Of a stretch of 52,600 nucleotides of DNA, positions 8,058-15,660 are shown in pieces (the first letter of the stretch is position 1; each line of letters begins with the position of its first letter). Below the pieces are notes generated by a model. That model was not told the DNA's origin and ran no database searches. It saw only the letters and a list, made by a program, of their open reading frames with translations. The translations under genes were made by a program, and so were the position numbers. This DNA is from an uncultured Candidatus Saccharibacteria bacterium (GTDB lineage: Bacteria; Patescibacteriota; Minisyncoccia; Minisyncoccales; JAGGXC01): assembly GCA_964470765.1 (NCBI GenBank), contig CAYYDV010000001.1:1-52600 (forward strand). Reading direction: 5' to 3'.

Positions 8058-10592
8058 TTAAGGTAAAACTTCTCTCCAAATAGGAACAGAAGGTTTGCCT
8101 CCAATAGCATGACTTACAGAAGCGGTCCTTCCTCCATCATAACCATGAGGATTGTTATCTCTAATCGTAAGCTCAATTGTAGCCGGGAAATTCTTTAAAG
8201 TAGTAGAAGCTTCAGAACTGTCTTCTTTGAAGACAACGTCGTCCAGCTTCCAGATCCTTGAATTAATAGTGTTCTCGCAGCAAGACGGATAAGAGCTATC
8301 ATTAGGATAAATGCCATAGGCCGGATCTTGCCAAAGGTTATCTTTAAAATACATTGCGGTTCCCGGTTCTACTGTAAAGTCTTCGCAAACCGTGTCCCAG
8401 TTTGAACCATCTAAAGAACATCTAAAACCAGCGTAGGCTCCTCTCCTGTGTTCATAACTTAGAATTGGAGAAGTATCTGTAGCCTCACCATCAGTAACTT
8501 CCAGTATTATATTATATGCTTTCTTGCTCTCATAGTCAGGAACAGAAATATCCGGATATTGGGGGGTAAAATTACAAGAACTTGGTTCGCCGGTACAAGA
8601 ATCTTTTATTTCGCTATCTGCATACCAAGTTGAGGTAAGAATATCTCCGGGATCGGTATCAGTAGAATTATTTTCCATCACGCAATTACATTGGTCATGG
8701 CTAGGAGTATTAGCATAACCAATACAGTTATCATTATAGCAAAGTGAAGAATTACAATTAAAAGCAGCATCTGGTGCTGTATTACCAGCAACAAAAGTAA
8801 TAGTGGTTGTTACTTGGTAATCTGAAGTTAAACAATCTCCGCTTTCTGGGTTGTCACAATTAAAACTAATCCAGCCAATTACGGCTGTTGACGATGCATC
8901 ATCTCCTCCCCAGGCCCAATTATAGAACTCAGAATAGCCATCAACGGTTGAAGCATAAACTCCGTAAGAATTAGGAATAGCATCATTTCTTAAATGTATC
9001 CAGCCATCCCACTCACCTCGGTTTGGATCCAAACTCCCGCTGCAAGTATCAGGATCTAAAAAAACAGCACAGGCCCTTGCCCAACCAGAGACAGTGCCAT
9101 CTCCAACCCCATCACAAGCTTCTATGTCTACCCCTGGTAAATCTAAACAAGCTGAATAATCATCAGAGAACGTGTCAGGATATGGGCCTGCTGGGGCAAA
9201 ATCTATCCACCCAATGCCACCCGGATCATCATCAGTACCCCTTGACCAGGCATAACCAGAAAAATTACCATTAACTTCATCAATGTCTACTCCGTAATCT
9301 GTCCCATCTCCAATATTATTGGTATTTTCGCAAGAAAAACTAATCCAGCCAATGTTTTCTGACCAGGCCCAACCCTGAACATTATGGTCTCCACAGCCTG
9401 AAGGCGGCAATTCCTCAGAACCAAAACCCAAAAAGGCAGAGGGGTCGTCTTGATTATTATAAACAGTAGTTAACCACTCCTCTGATCTTCCGTCTCCCTT
9501 AATAAACCATATTTCATCAAGTCCTCCCTTCCAGGCTTCAGCAGGTGCCGCCTGGTGAGAACCAATAACGAACTTACCGTTAGTTTCATCTGTCTGGTCA
9601 ATATCACCATAATTAGCTCCAATGTCCGTTGTCCACCAATTAGTAATATCAACTGAACACCTTAATTGGTCATTTGATGCAGGATAGTCATTCTTCCTTG
9701 ATATTGAAAGCAGATGCCAAGCTCCATCATTAACAGCTGTCAGTTCCTGTATCATCTTATCTCCATGAACATCATCATCAATGGTCACTTCAAAATAATA
9801 ACTACCTAACTTCTCTCTATATGATCTCATGTGGTACATATGCATACCCGCTCCTCCTGTTCCTTTTATCACAGAGCTTCTGTTTCCAGTAGTTCCACCG
9901 TCAAGGTTTGCCCACATCAAAATCATCCACTCGCCATCATCAACCTCAAAATCAGCTGCTAAAGCTGCTGATATAACGTAATAGTCATTTGTTCCATCGA
10001 GATCAACAGCATGACCAATCTTACCCGTTCTATCCGCTGGAGTCCCCATTTCAAGGAGAGTATTCGAATTCGCAGTGCTGTCGGTGAGATCAGTATTAGT
10101 ACCGTCGTTACAATGCCAGACCCCACTATAGCCATCGTCCCAAACACTGGTAGCATTCTCCTGATTAGCAGCACCAGAATTTCCATAGTACATATATAGT
10201 ACTGTATCAGCAGATTCAGAAAGATCGGTCTGGACCCAAGCTACTAATTCCCCTGTTGAAGAATCATATTTTTCTATTTCATGATTTATCTTAGTTACTT
10301 CATCTGCTTTAGTAAAAAGAATATCATCTCCGTCAGTCTGGGCTTTATCTCTCAAGTCAGTATCAATAGTGCTGATAAGAACTGGGAAATCTGTTAGGTC
10401 ACTATCGACCTTAGTACTATCTATGGTTATTCTTTTGCGATAGAGCCACGGGTCTTCACCCGGGTCATCATACCAGCCTGGCGAAGCAGAAGCTTCCTCA
10501 ACAGGAACAGGAAAAGGAGAAAAACTGCTTAAAAAAGCAATTAATAAAATAACTATTATTGAAACAATGGAAGCTTTTTTTATCTTTTTCAT
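8058..10592 (-). CDS. Large secreted pilus-associated protein (DUF2341-like N-domain, LamG/ConA-like domain, repeated GW..GWI.F motifs, Cys-rich C-terminus)
   Basis: 844 aa with an N-terminal signal/TM. From memory, WLYRKRITIDSTKVDSDLTDFPVLI...DGDDILFT...LYMYYGN matches DUF2341, and GVWHCNDG...GKIGHAVDLDGTNDYY looks LamG-like. Also carries GWAWSENIGWISF, GGIGWIDF, DGWIHL and VIGWISFNC. Confidence 0.65.
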   Translation of the reverse strand: MKKIKKASIVSIIVILLIAFLSSFSPFPVPVEEASASPGWYDDPGEDPWLYRKRITIDSTKVDSDLTDFPVLISTIDTDLRDKAQTDGDDILFTKADEVTKINHEIEKYDSSTGELVAWVQTDLSESADTVLYMYYGNSGAANQENATSVWDDGYSGVWHCNDGTNTDLTDSTANSNTLLEMGTPADRTGKIGHAVDLDGTNDYYVISAALAADFEVDDGEWMILMWANLDGGTTGNRSSVIKGTGGAGMHMYHMRSYREKLGSYYFEVTIDDDVHGDKMIQELTAVNDGAWHLLSISRKNDYPASNDQLRCSVDITNWWTTDIGANYGDIDQTDETNGKFVIGSHQAAPAEAWKGGLDEIWFIKGDGRSEEWLTTVYNNQDDPSAFLGFGSEELPPSGCGDHNVQGWAWSENIGWISFSCENTNNIGDGTDYGVDIDEVNGNFSGYAWSRGTDDDPGGIGWIDFAPAGPYPDTFSDDYSACLDLPGVDIEACDGVGDGTVSGWARACAVFLDPDTCSGSLDPNRGEWDGWIHLRNDAIPNSYGVYASTVDGYSEFYNWAWGGDDASSTAVIGWISFNCDNPESGDCLTSDYQVTTTITFVAGNTAPDAAFNCNSSLCYNDNCIGYANTPSHDQCNCVMENNSTDTDPGDILTSTWYADSEIKDSCTGEPSSCNFTPQYPDISVPDYESKKAYNIILEVTDGEATDTSPILSYEHRRGAYAGFRCSLDGSNWDTVCEDFTVEPGTAMYFKDNLWQDPAYGIYPNDSSYPSCCENTINSRIWKLDDVVFKEDSSEASTTLKNFPATIELTIRDNNPHGYDGGRTASVSHAIGGKPSVPIWREVLP

Positions 10593-10641
10593 AATGACTT
10601 TTGGAATTTAACAAAGAATGGGTCTCTGTGGAACTGGTGCT

Positions 10642-10662
10642 GTTTAAAACCCGGCTTTAAAC
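10642..10662 (+). repeat. Intergenic copy of the 21-bp near-palindromic element
   Basis: GTTTAAAACCCGGCTTTAAAC, flanked by the direct repeats GGGTCTCTGT at 10620-10629 and 10685-10694. Confidence 0.85.
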
Positions 10663-10701
10663 ACTTTTCAATATCGTAGAGAACGGGTCTCTGTTAAATT
10701 T

Positions 10702-11274
10702 TTAATCAAGCGCGACCTTTCCTAAAATATTACTTTTATCAATTAGACCAAAGCGGGTACTATCTAAAGAGCCAGAAACAAGATTGCCTAAGATTAAGAA
10801 AGCATTCTCAGGAATTACTCCTTTATAATCTCTTTCATATAAAGCCAGCATTTTAGATTTCTTTTCACTTAAAATATAAGGTTTATCCTGGGAATTCTTG
10901 ACAATCTCGCCATTGATTAAAATGTTCCATCCCCTACTGTTTTTTTCTAAATGAAATTTGTCTTTAGGTAATCCTTTAACGATTTTAATAATTGGATTGG
11001 AGCATCCAGAATAATCATAGGCAATAATGTCGTTTCTTTTAATCTCATTACAATTGTAATAATCAAAAAGAATTTTTTCTGTCTCCCCCGTTTCAACAAG
11101 AGGACTTAAAGAACTTCCCCGAACAATTCTTTCTTCTATCTTAGCAGAGCATTCTTCTGCTTCTGAATTAACTGGCTGGAAAGCTTTTTCTAAGTCTCTT
11201 GAAAAGATTAAAACCCCTATCCCAACTAAAACCAGAAAAGCTAAATAAACTAATTTTCTCTTCGGAGATATCAT
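10702..11274 (-). CDS. Signal peptidase I (S26 family)
   Basis: RGSSLSPL matches the GxSMxP Ser box, IIKIVKGLPKD the KR.iGlPGD Lys box, and GNLVSGSLDSTRFGLI the GDN..S.DSR box. Has an N-terminal TM. Confidence 0.75.
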   Translation of the reverse strand: MISPKRKLVYLAFLVLVGIGVLIFSRDLEKAFQPVNSEAEECSAKIEERIVRGSSLSPLVETGETEKILFDYYNCNEIKRNDIIAYDYSGCSNPIIKIVKGLPKDKFHLEKNSRGWNILINGEIVKNSQDKPYILSEKKSKMLALYERDYKGVIPENAFLILGNLVSGSLDSTRFGLIDKSNILGKVALD

Positions 11275-11330
11275 TTTAAAATCTGTAATTTTCCTTAACT
11301 AAAATCGTCCCGTTTTTTCTTTCCCCTAAA

Positions 11331-12122
11331 TTATCTGCAGCAAGGCAAAGGCCAGGATTGGTCACATGTGACAGCCGAGACCGTTCCCTCCATGGTTGTC
11401 CTAGGTCCATAATTGGCTCCGTCGGCGGATCTCCATTGCTGGCATGTTGCGGCTTGGGGAGTCCTCGCAACAGATTTTGCTCCAGCTCCTCCGTATATCG
11501 TCTCGCTACCAACAGCTCCAACAACAGCATCTCTTACCCATACTCTATCATTCCAGTTAAACTGCGCTCCTACTCTCGCTATCTCATCCATACTACACCA
11601 GTGACTACCCTCTTCGGGAAAAGCGGTTTCGCACTTACTATTTGCTCCAGCGAGACCAAGTAAATTGCCAGTGTAGTGGGGTGTCAGTCCAACAAGCTCT
11701 ACACCACAACCACCATTTGCCGCATCCACATAACCTTTAGTGGCTACATCAGAATTAACAGTTGGGTTAGCAACGTTTATAATTCTAAAATCAGCAGAAC
11801 CTCCAAGCTTGATATCACCAGCTACCTCTAATTTAGAGTCAGGGTTAAGTACTCCAATGCCAACTTTACCACTTCCATTGCCAAGAGCTCCATCAATAAT
11901 TAAGCCGAAATCGTTATAGCCAGTATTTAACATCAAACCACCGATTTTTGTTTGGGAAGAGGTTCCTACATTTAAAGGAGTATCAACATTGTCTCCAGGA
12001 GGATCCTGAGAAGGTTCCTCCCAGGCTAAAGCCCAGAAACCCAAAGCAAAGCAAAGAATTAATACCCCGAAAACAAGAGAAACAACTTTGGAAGAAATTT
12101 TTTGATGAGTTTTAAAAAACAT
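11331..12122 (-). CDS. Secreted protein with N-terminal anchor, tail-fibre-like Gly-rich region and a GC-rich, Cys-rich C-terminal domain
   Basis: 263 aa. TM segment VVSLVFGVLILCFALGFWALA, then KVGIGVLNPDSKLEVAGDIKLGG. The C-terminus carries YTGNLLGLAGANSKC...WPLPCCR. Confidence 0.6.
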   Translation of the reverse strand: MFFKTHQKISSKVVSLVFGVLILCFALGFWALAWEEPSQDPPGDNVDTPLNVGTSSQTKIGGLMLNTGYNDFGLIIDGALGNGSGKVGIGVLNPDSKLEVAGDIKLGGSADFRIINVANPTVNSDVATKGYVDAANGGCGVELVGLTPHYTGNLLGLAGANSKCETAFPEEGSHWCSMDEIARVGAQFNWNDRVWVRDAVVGAVGSETIYGGAGAKSVARTPQAATCQQWRSADGANYGPRTTMEGTVSAVTCDQSWPLPCCR

Positions 12123-12219
12123 AGGTTTTAATACTAATAACCGTCCATCGACCTTTAATTAAATTAATTACTTTAGAGTTTTAAGTAGTCTAAAACATTT
12201 CTTACAATCACAAGATTTG

Positions 12220-12537
12220 TTATTGAGAGCCTAATTTCTTTAGAGCTTCTTCATAGGCCTGCTTTTCTTCTTCTGATAATGGTCTTGGTTCTTTTCCGCC
12301 TAATTTCTTTAGAGCTTCTTCATAGGCCTGCTTTTCTTCTTCGGTTAATGGTCTTGCTTCTTTTCCACCTAATTTCTTTAAAGCTTCCTCATATGCTTCT
12401 TCGCTTGAGGGAGCTGGCAGCTCAGGCTCTTCCCCTTCCTTTCCTTGAAAAACCAAGTAAGCTATTCCAACAATTAGGAAAGTAATTATTACAGTAATTA
12501 CCAGAAAAACTTCCTTTTCTTTAATATTCTTAATCAT
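12220..12537 (-). CDS. Small membrane-anchored protein with 23-aa tandem repeats
   Basis: An N-terminal TM is followed by about 2.5 copies of GGKE(A/P)RPL(T/S)EEEKQAYEEALKKL. Confidence 0.55.
   Translation of the reverse strand: MIKNIKEKEVFLVITVIITFLIVGIAYLVFQGKEGEEPELPAPSSEEAYEEALKKLGGKEARPLTEEEKQAYEEALKKLGGKEPRPLSEEEKQAYEEALKKLGSQ
12230..12402 (-). repeat. 69-bp tandem repeat, about 2.5 copies
   Basis: The unit starts (cctaatttc) are at 12230, 12299 and 12368. The first two copies are nearly identical. Confidence 0.85.
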
Positions 12538-12564
12538 ATCTCTATTATATAATATTTAACTAGA

Positions 12565-13356
12565 TTAATAAATAATAAAAGCAAGGTACCAATCCATAAA
12601 CTTCTCCCCCCAGAATAAAGCAATGAAAGTACCTATTACCAGAAAAGGAGCAAAAGGGACGGCTGATTTTAAGGTTTTTTGTCCAAAAATAATCAATCCT
12701 GTTCCTATCAGAGCCCCAATAAAAAAAGCTGAAAATAAAGCAACTAGGATATTGGGCCAGCTCAGCAAAAGACCTAAGAAAAAAACTAACTTAACATCGC
12801 CAAAACCTAACCAGCGACACAGAGATATTAAAAATATTATAAGGAAAAAAGCACTAGCTAAGAAAGCAGCCAGCAAAGGATAAAACAAACTTCCTGAATC
12901 TAATTTCCAAGTTTTAAAATCTAAAGCCATAAATAATTGATATAGGAAGCTAATAGCAATAGCCGGGTAAATTACTTTATCAGGAATAAGGAAGTGTTTG
13001 AAATCATAAACAAAGATAACAATCAAAAAACAAGAAGCAATTAATAGAAAACCAGAATAAGTAATTGAAAATGATTGGCTAGCTATTAAAACAAATAATC
13101 CTCCAGTAGTTACTTCTACTAAAGGATATTGCCAAGATATCTTTTTAGAACAATAATGACACTTACCTTTCAAAATTAAAAAACTAAAAACTAGAATTAA
13201 ATACAACCAAGATAAATTCTGCCGGCAATGAGGACAAAAAGAGCGACCTCGTAAAAAACCTTCTACGGTCTTAAGCCTATAAATCACACAATTCAAAAAA
13301 GAACCAACTGCTAATCCAATAAAAAAAACAGGAAAATAAAGAAATAAATTTAACAT
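12565..13356 (-). CDS. pilD: Prepilin peptidase (A24 family)
   Basis: Cys pairs CPHCRQ...CHYCSKKISWQYPLVE. Aspartyl motifs GFGDVKL and PFAPFL. Polytopic. Confidence 0.9.
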   Translation of the reverse strand: MLNLFLYFPVFFIGLAVGSFLNCVIYRLKTVEGFLRGRSFCPHCRQNLSWLYLILVFSFLILKGKCHYCSKKISWQYPLVEVTTGGLFVLIASQSFSITYSGFLLIASCFLIVIFVYDFKHFLIPDKVIYPAIAISFLYQLFMALDFKTWKLDSGSLFYPLLAAFLASAFFLIIFLISLCRWLGFGDVKLVFFLGLLLSWPNILVALFSAFFIGALIGTGLIIFGQKTLKSAVPFAPFLVIGTFIALFWGEKFMDWYLAFIIY

Positions 13357-13390
13357 TATCTTATTATATCATTATTTCCATTTTATTCTA

Positions 13391-13464
13391 ATAAGAACCT
13401 TTCGCTTCGCTCGAATTAAGAACCTCCTCGAGAACCTTGATTCTCGCTTCGCTCAAGAATTAAG
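13391..13464 (+). repeat. AGAACC-rich dispersed intergenic repeat, locus 1
   Basis: Sequence ataAGAACCtttcgcttcgctcgaattaAGAACCtcctcgAGAACCttgattctcgcttcgctcaagaatt. Related sequences occur at 14351, 19701 (reverse) and 27663. Confidence 0.75.
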
Positions 13465-13470
13465 ATTTAA

Positions 13471-13628
13471 GGGTAATTGGCGAAAGTGACACTTCGCAGC
13501 CGAGTCTTTGAATAAGCTCTGAGTTTTCCTTCTAAGAGAATAAATGCTCGGCGAGAAATAGCCGCAGCTTGAGATAACCTTGGCCTTGTTGCCTTAAGCT
13601 GACGGCGTGTCACTTAAGGTAATTGCCC
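13471..13628. other. GC-rich 158-nt element with nested helices (candidate structured RNA or MITE)
   Basis: Pairings read by eye are GGGTAATT 13471-78 with AATTGCCC 13621-28, AAGTGACAC 13484-92 with GTGTCACTT 13607-15, GCCGAG 13499-504 with CTCGGC 13547-52, and GCCGCAGCTT 13561-70 with AAGCTG-a-CGGC 13596-606. Confidence 0.3.
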
Positions 13629-13663
13629 TCAAAGTTTCCAGTGCGGGGCTTGAATGCTCCGCA

Positions 13664-13698
13664 ATTTAGAAAAGTCTCGCATTTAGAAAATGCGAGAC
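13664..13698 (-). terminator. Intrinsic terminator after the major pilin gene
   Basis: Perfect 9-bp stem GTCTCGCAT/ATGCGAGAC (13674-82/13690-98) followed on the minus strand by TTTTCT. Confidence 0.7.
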
Positions 13699-13753
13699 AA
13701 ACCTAAAGTCTTTAGTAAGGTTTAAAACTTCTTTTTTTCTCAAGACAAAAGTC

Positions 13754-14224
13754 TTACCAACAACACTCAACAGCAGTCTCTGGCTCGGTGTCCATTTGCC
13801 TGGTTCCTCTATGGCTGGCAGCAAAATATGTAACTGGAGTTGTTTCTAACGTTGCGTAAGTGCAGTACCATTGACCTACAGCGACGTCTGTCAATGGACA
13901 CCCAACAGTCGCAGCGGTATTAGCTTCCCAATCATAAAGAATGGGGGTAGCAGCAGTAGACTGAGGATCTTCAGGAACCGGACTTAAATAATCGCCAATA
14001 TCGGTAAGCATGGTAGCGCTAGTAAGATAAGCCTGGTCCTCATCGTACTGCATTTCCATAGCCAGACTAATTTGCCTCATATCAGACTGCCTCCGGGCAT
14101 TTCTCGCTTTTGCTCTGGCTCCTCCTAAGGAAACCAAGACAATAGAAGCTAAGATTCCAATAATAGCAATAACTACTAATAATTCAATTAAGGTAAAACC
14201 TTGATGTTTTTTAGTTTTTAACAT
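13754..14224 (-). CDS. Major type IV pilin
   Basis: MLKTKKHQG|FTLIELLVVIAIIGILASIVLVSLGGARAKARNA. The C-terminus has Cys pairs. The gene has its own promoter-like box and terminator. Confidence 0.85.
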   Translation of the reverse strand: MLKTKKHQGFTLIELLVVIAIIGILASIVLVSLGGARAKARNARRQSDMRQISLAMEMQYDEDQAYLTSATMLTDIGDYLSPVPEDPQSTAATPILYDWEANTAATVGCPLTDVAVGQWYCTYATLETTPVTYFAASHRGTRQMDTEPETAVECCW

Positions 14225-14303
14225 AGGAATCTTTCAATTAATTTTCAATCTAAAATTCGACCTTTGTTTTTTTTAATTAAACTCTAAAGATTTTATATAT
14301 ATT

Positions 14304-14312
14304 ATTATAGCA
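14304..14312 (-). promoter_or_regulatory. Extended -10 box (TGcTATAAT) upstream of the major pilin gene
   Basis: The minus strand reads agtgcTATAATaat about 80 nt upstream of the ATG. Confidence 0.4.
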
Positions 14313-14350
14313 CTTCTGAAAGAATAACGCTGTGGAAAACTTTAACCAGT

Positions 14351-14412
14351 CAAGAATAAGAACCTCCCTCACTTCACTCGGCAGAACCTTGATTCTCGCT
14401 TTGCTCGAATTA
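14351..14412 (+). repeat. AGAACC-rich dispersed intergenic repeat, locus 2
   Basis: Sequence caagaatAAGAACCtccctcacttcactcggcAGAACCttgattctcgctttgctcgaatt. Confidence 0.7.
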
Positions 14413-14424
14413 AAATTAAAGATT

Positions 14425-15633
14425 TTAAATTGCGGTTATTGATGAGTAAAGAGGTAATAAAATTGAAGCTATCAGTATCCCTACCCCGCCACCAAGAATC
14501 ATAATCAAGAGCGGCTCCAGAATCCTTAAAAAACTCTCAAGACCTCGGTCTACCTCGGCTTGATAAAAAGTTACTACATTAATCAAAGTAGTATCCAAGG
14601 TTCCGGTTTTCTCTCCAACCAGAACCATGGTTGTGAACATAGGAGGGAAAAGTCCAGGATATTTTTTAAAACCATCGGAAATCTTCTCTCCTTTTTTAAC
14701 ATTCTCACTGGTTTCTAAGATAGCCTCTTGGTAAGGGGCACTCCCAACCACTGCTCCGCTAATCTCCAAAGCCCTAGCAATTGGCAAGCCTCCGGAGATT
14801 AAAGTTGATAGATTTTCAGCAAACCGAGCCGTATAAACCATTTTGGAAAAGGAGCTAATCACGGGTATTTTCAACATAATCCTATCCAACTTACCTTTTC
14901 CCTCTTTAGTCTTGGAAAATCTGAAAAAGGCAAAGAATAAGCCCCCGAATACGACAATCAGGACTATTCCTCCCCAACCCCTAATAAAATTAGTTATGGT
15001 TATCATCAATCTAGTAATCATCGGAAGCTCCTGAGCAGTTTCTTCCAGCATTGCAGTCAGCTGGGGAAGAACATAAAAAGACATTAAGAAAATGATAGCC
15101 ACCATCATCACCAAAATCATAATCGGATACATCATTGCTCCTTTAATCTTGGAACGAAAATTATAATCTCTTTCTAAGTGGTCGGCTAGATAATTCAAAG
15201 CATCGGCAAGCTTACCCGAAGCCTCCCCTGACCTGGTCATGTTGACGTAAAAAGCATCAAATAATTTAGGATAAGCAGCTAAGGCCTGGGAAAAAGAAGT
15301 TCCTCCTTCTATTTTTTCAGAGATCTTCAAAATTTTTTCTTTTAAACTGCTTTTGCCAGATTGCTCGGCTAAAGTCCTTAAAGATTCAACTAAAGGAACT
15401 TTGGATTTAAACATTATTGAAAGCTGACGAGAAAATACTACTAAATCTTTTTTTGAAATTATGGAGAGCTCTAATCTTCTAGCATAAATAGGCATTGCCT
15501 CGGCTTTTTCTAAGCTAGTAATATATAGGCCGTGCCTCTGCAAGAGAATTAAAGCCCCTTCTTGAGAAGCAGCTTCTACTGTCCCTACTTGAATTTCTCC
15601 AGTTTTAGTTCTGGCTTGATAGTTGAATTTCAT
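14425..15633 (-). CDS. pilC: Type IV pilus platform protein (GspF/PilC family)
   Basis: 402 aa with two GspF-type repeats and three TM blocks. Sits between pilT and the pilin gene. Confidence 0.93.
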   Translation of the reverse strand: MKFNYQARTKTGEIQVGTVEAASQEGALILLQRHGLYITSLEKAEAMPIYARRLELSIISKKDLVVFSRQLSIMFKSKVPLVESLRTLAEQSGKSSLKEKILKISEKIEGGTSFSQALAAYPKLFDAFYVNMTRSGEASGKLADALNYLADHLERDYNFRSKIKGAMMYPIMILVMMVAIIFLMSFYVLPQLTAMLEETAQELPMITRLMITITNFIRGWGGIVLIVVFGGLFFAFFRFSKTKEGKGKLDRIMLKIPVISSFSKMVYTARFAENLSTLISGGLPIARALEISGAVVGSAPYQEAILETSENVKKGEKISDGFKKYPGLFPPMFTTMVLVGEKTGTLDTTLINVVTFYQAEVDRGLESFLRILEPLLIMILGGGVGILIASILLPLYSSITAI

Positions 15634-15660
15634 GTTGCTTTATTCCTCCTAATAATGTCA

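Noticed and set aside
10702-11274. The S26 peptidase as a dedicated pilus-assembly factor (analogous to SipA/LepA of Gram-positive sortase pili)
   Set aside because: The Ser and Lys catalytic boxes look intact. In a reduced genome this is most simply the housekeeping signal peptidase I. Its location alone is not evidence of a dedicated role.
11331-11700. Possible diversity-generating retroelement (DGR) variable region at the C-terminus of the mosaic surface protein
   Set aside because: There is no reverse transcriptase anywhere in the window. I could find no template-repeat copy of this segment. The only shared string with the nearby GC-rich element is an 8-mer, cagccgag.
13391-13464. The AGAACC-rich repeats as a CRISPR array
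   Set aside because: The repeat words are 6-11 nt at irregular 12-29 nt spacing, with at most four per locus and no cas genes. This does not fit CRISPR architecture.
13471-13628. Identity of the GC-rich element as SRP RNA, 6S RNA or a c-di-GMP riboswitch
   Set aside because: GUCAG and AAGGCC strings gave a superficial resemblance to SRP domain IV. The conserved GGAA tetraloop and symmetric-loop context are missing, and neither strand matches the consensus sequences I remember. It is kept only as an unclassified candidate.
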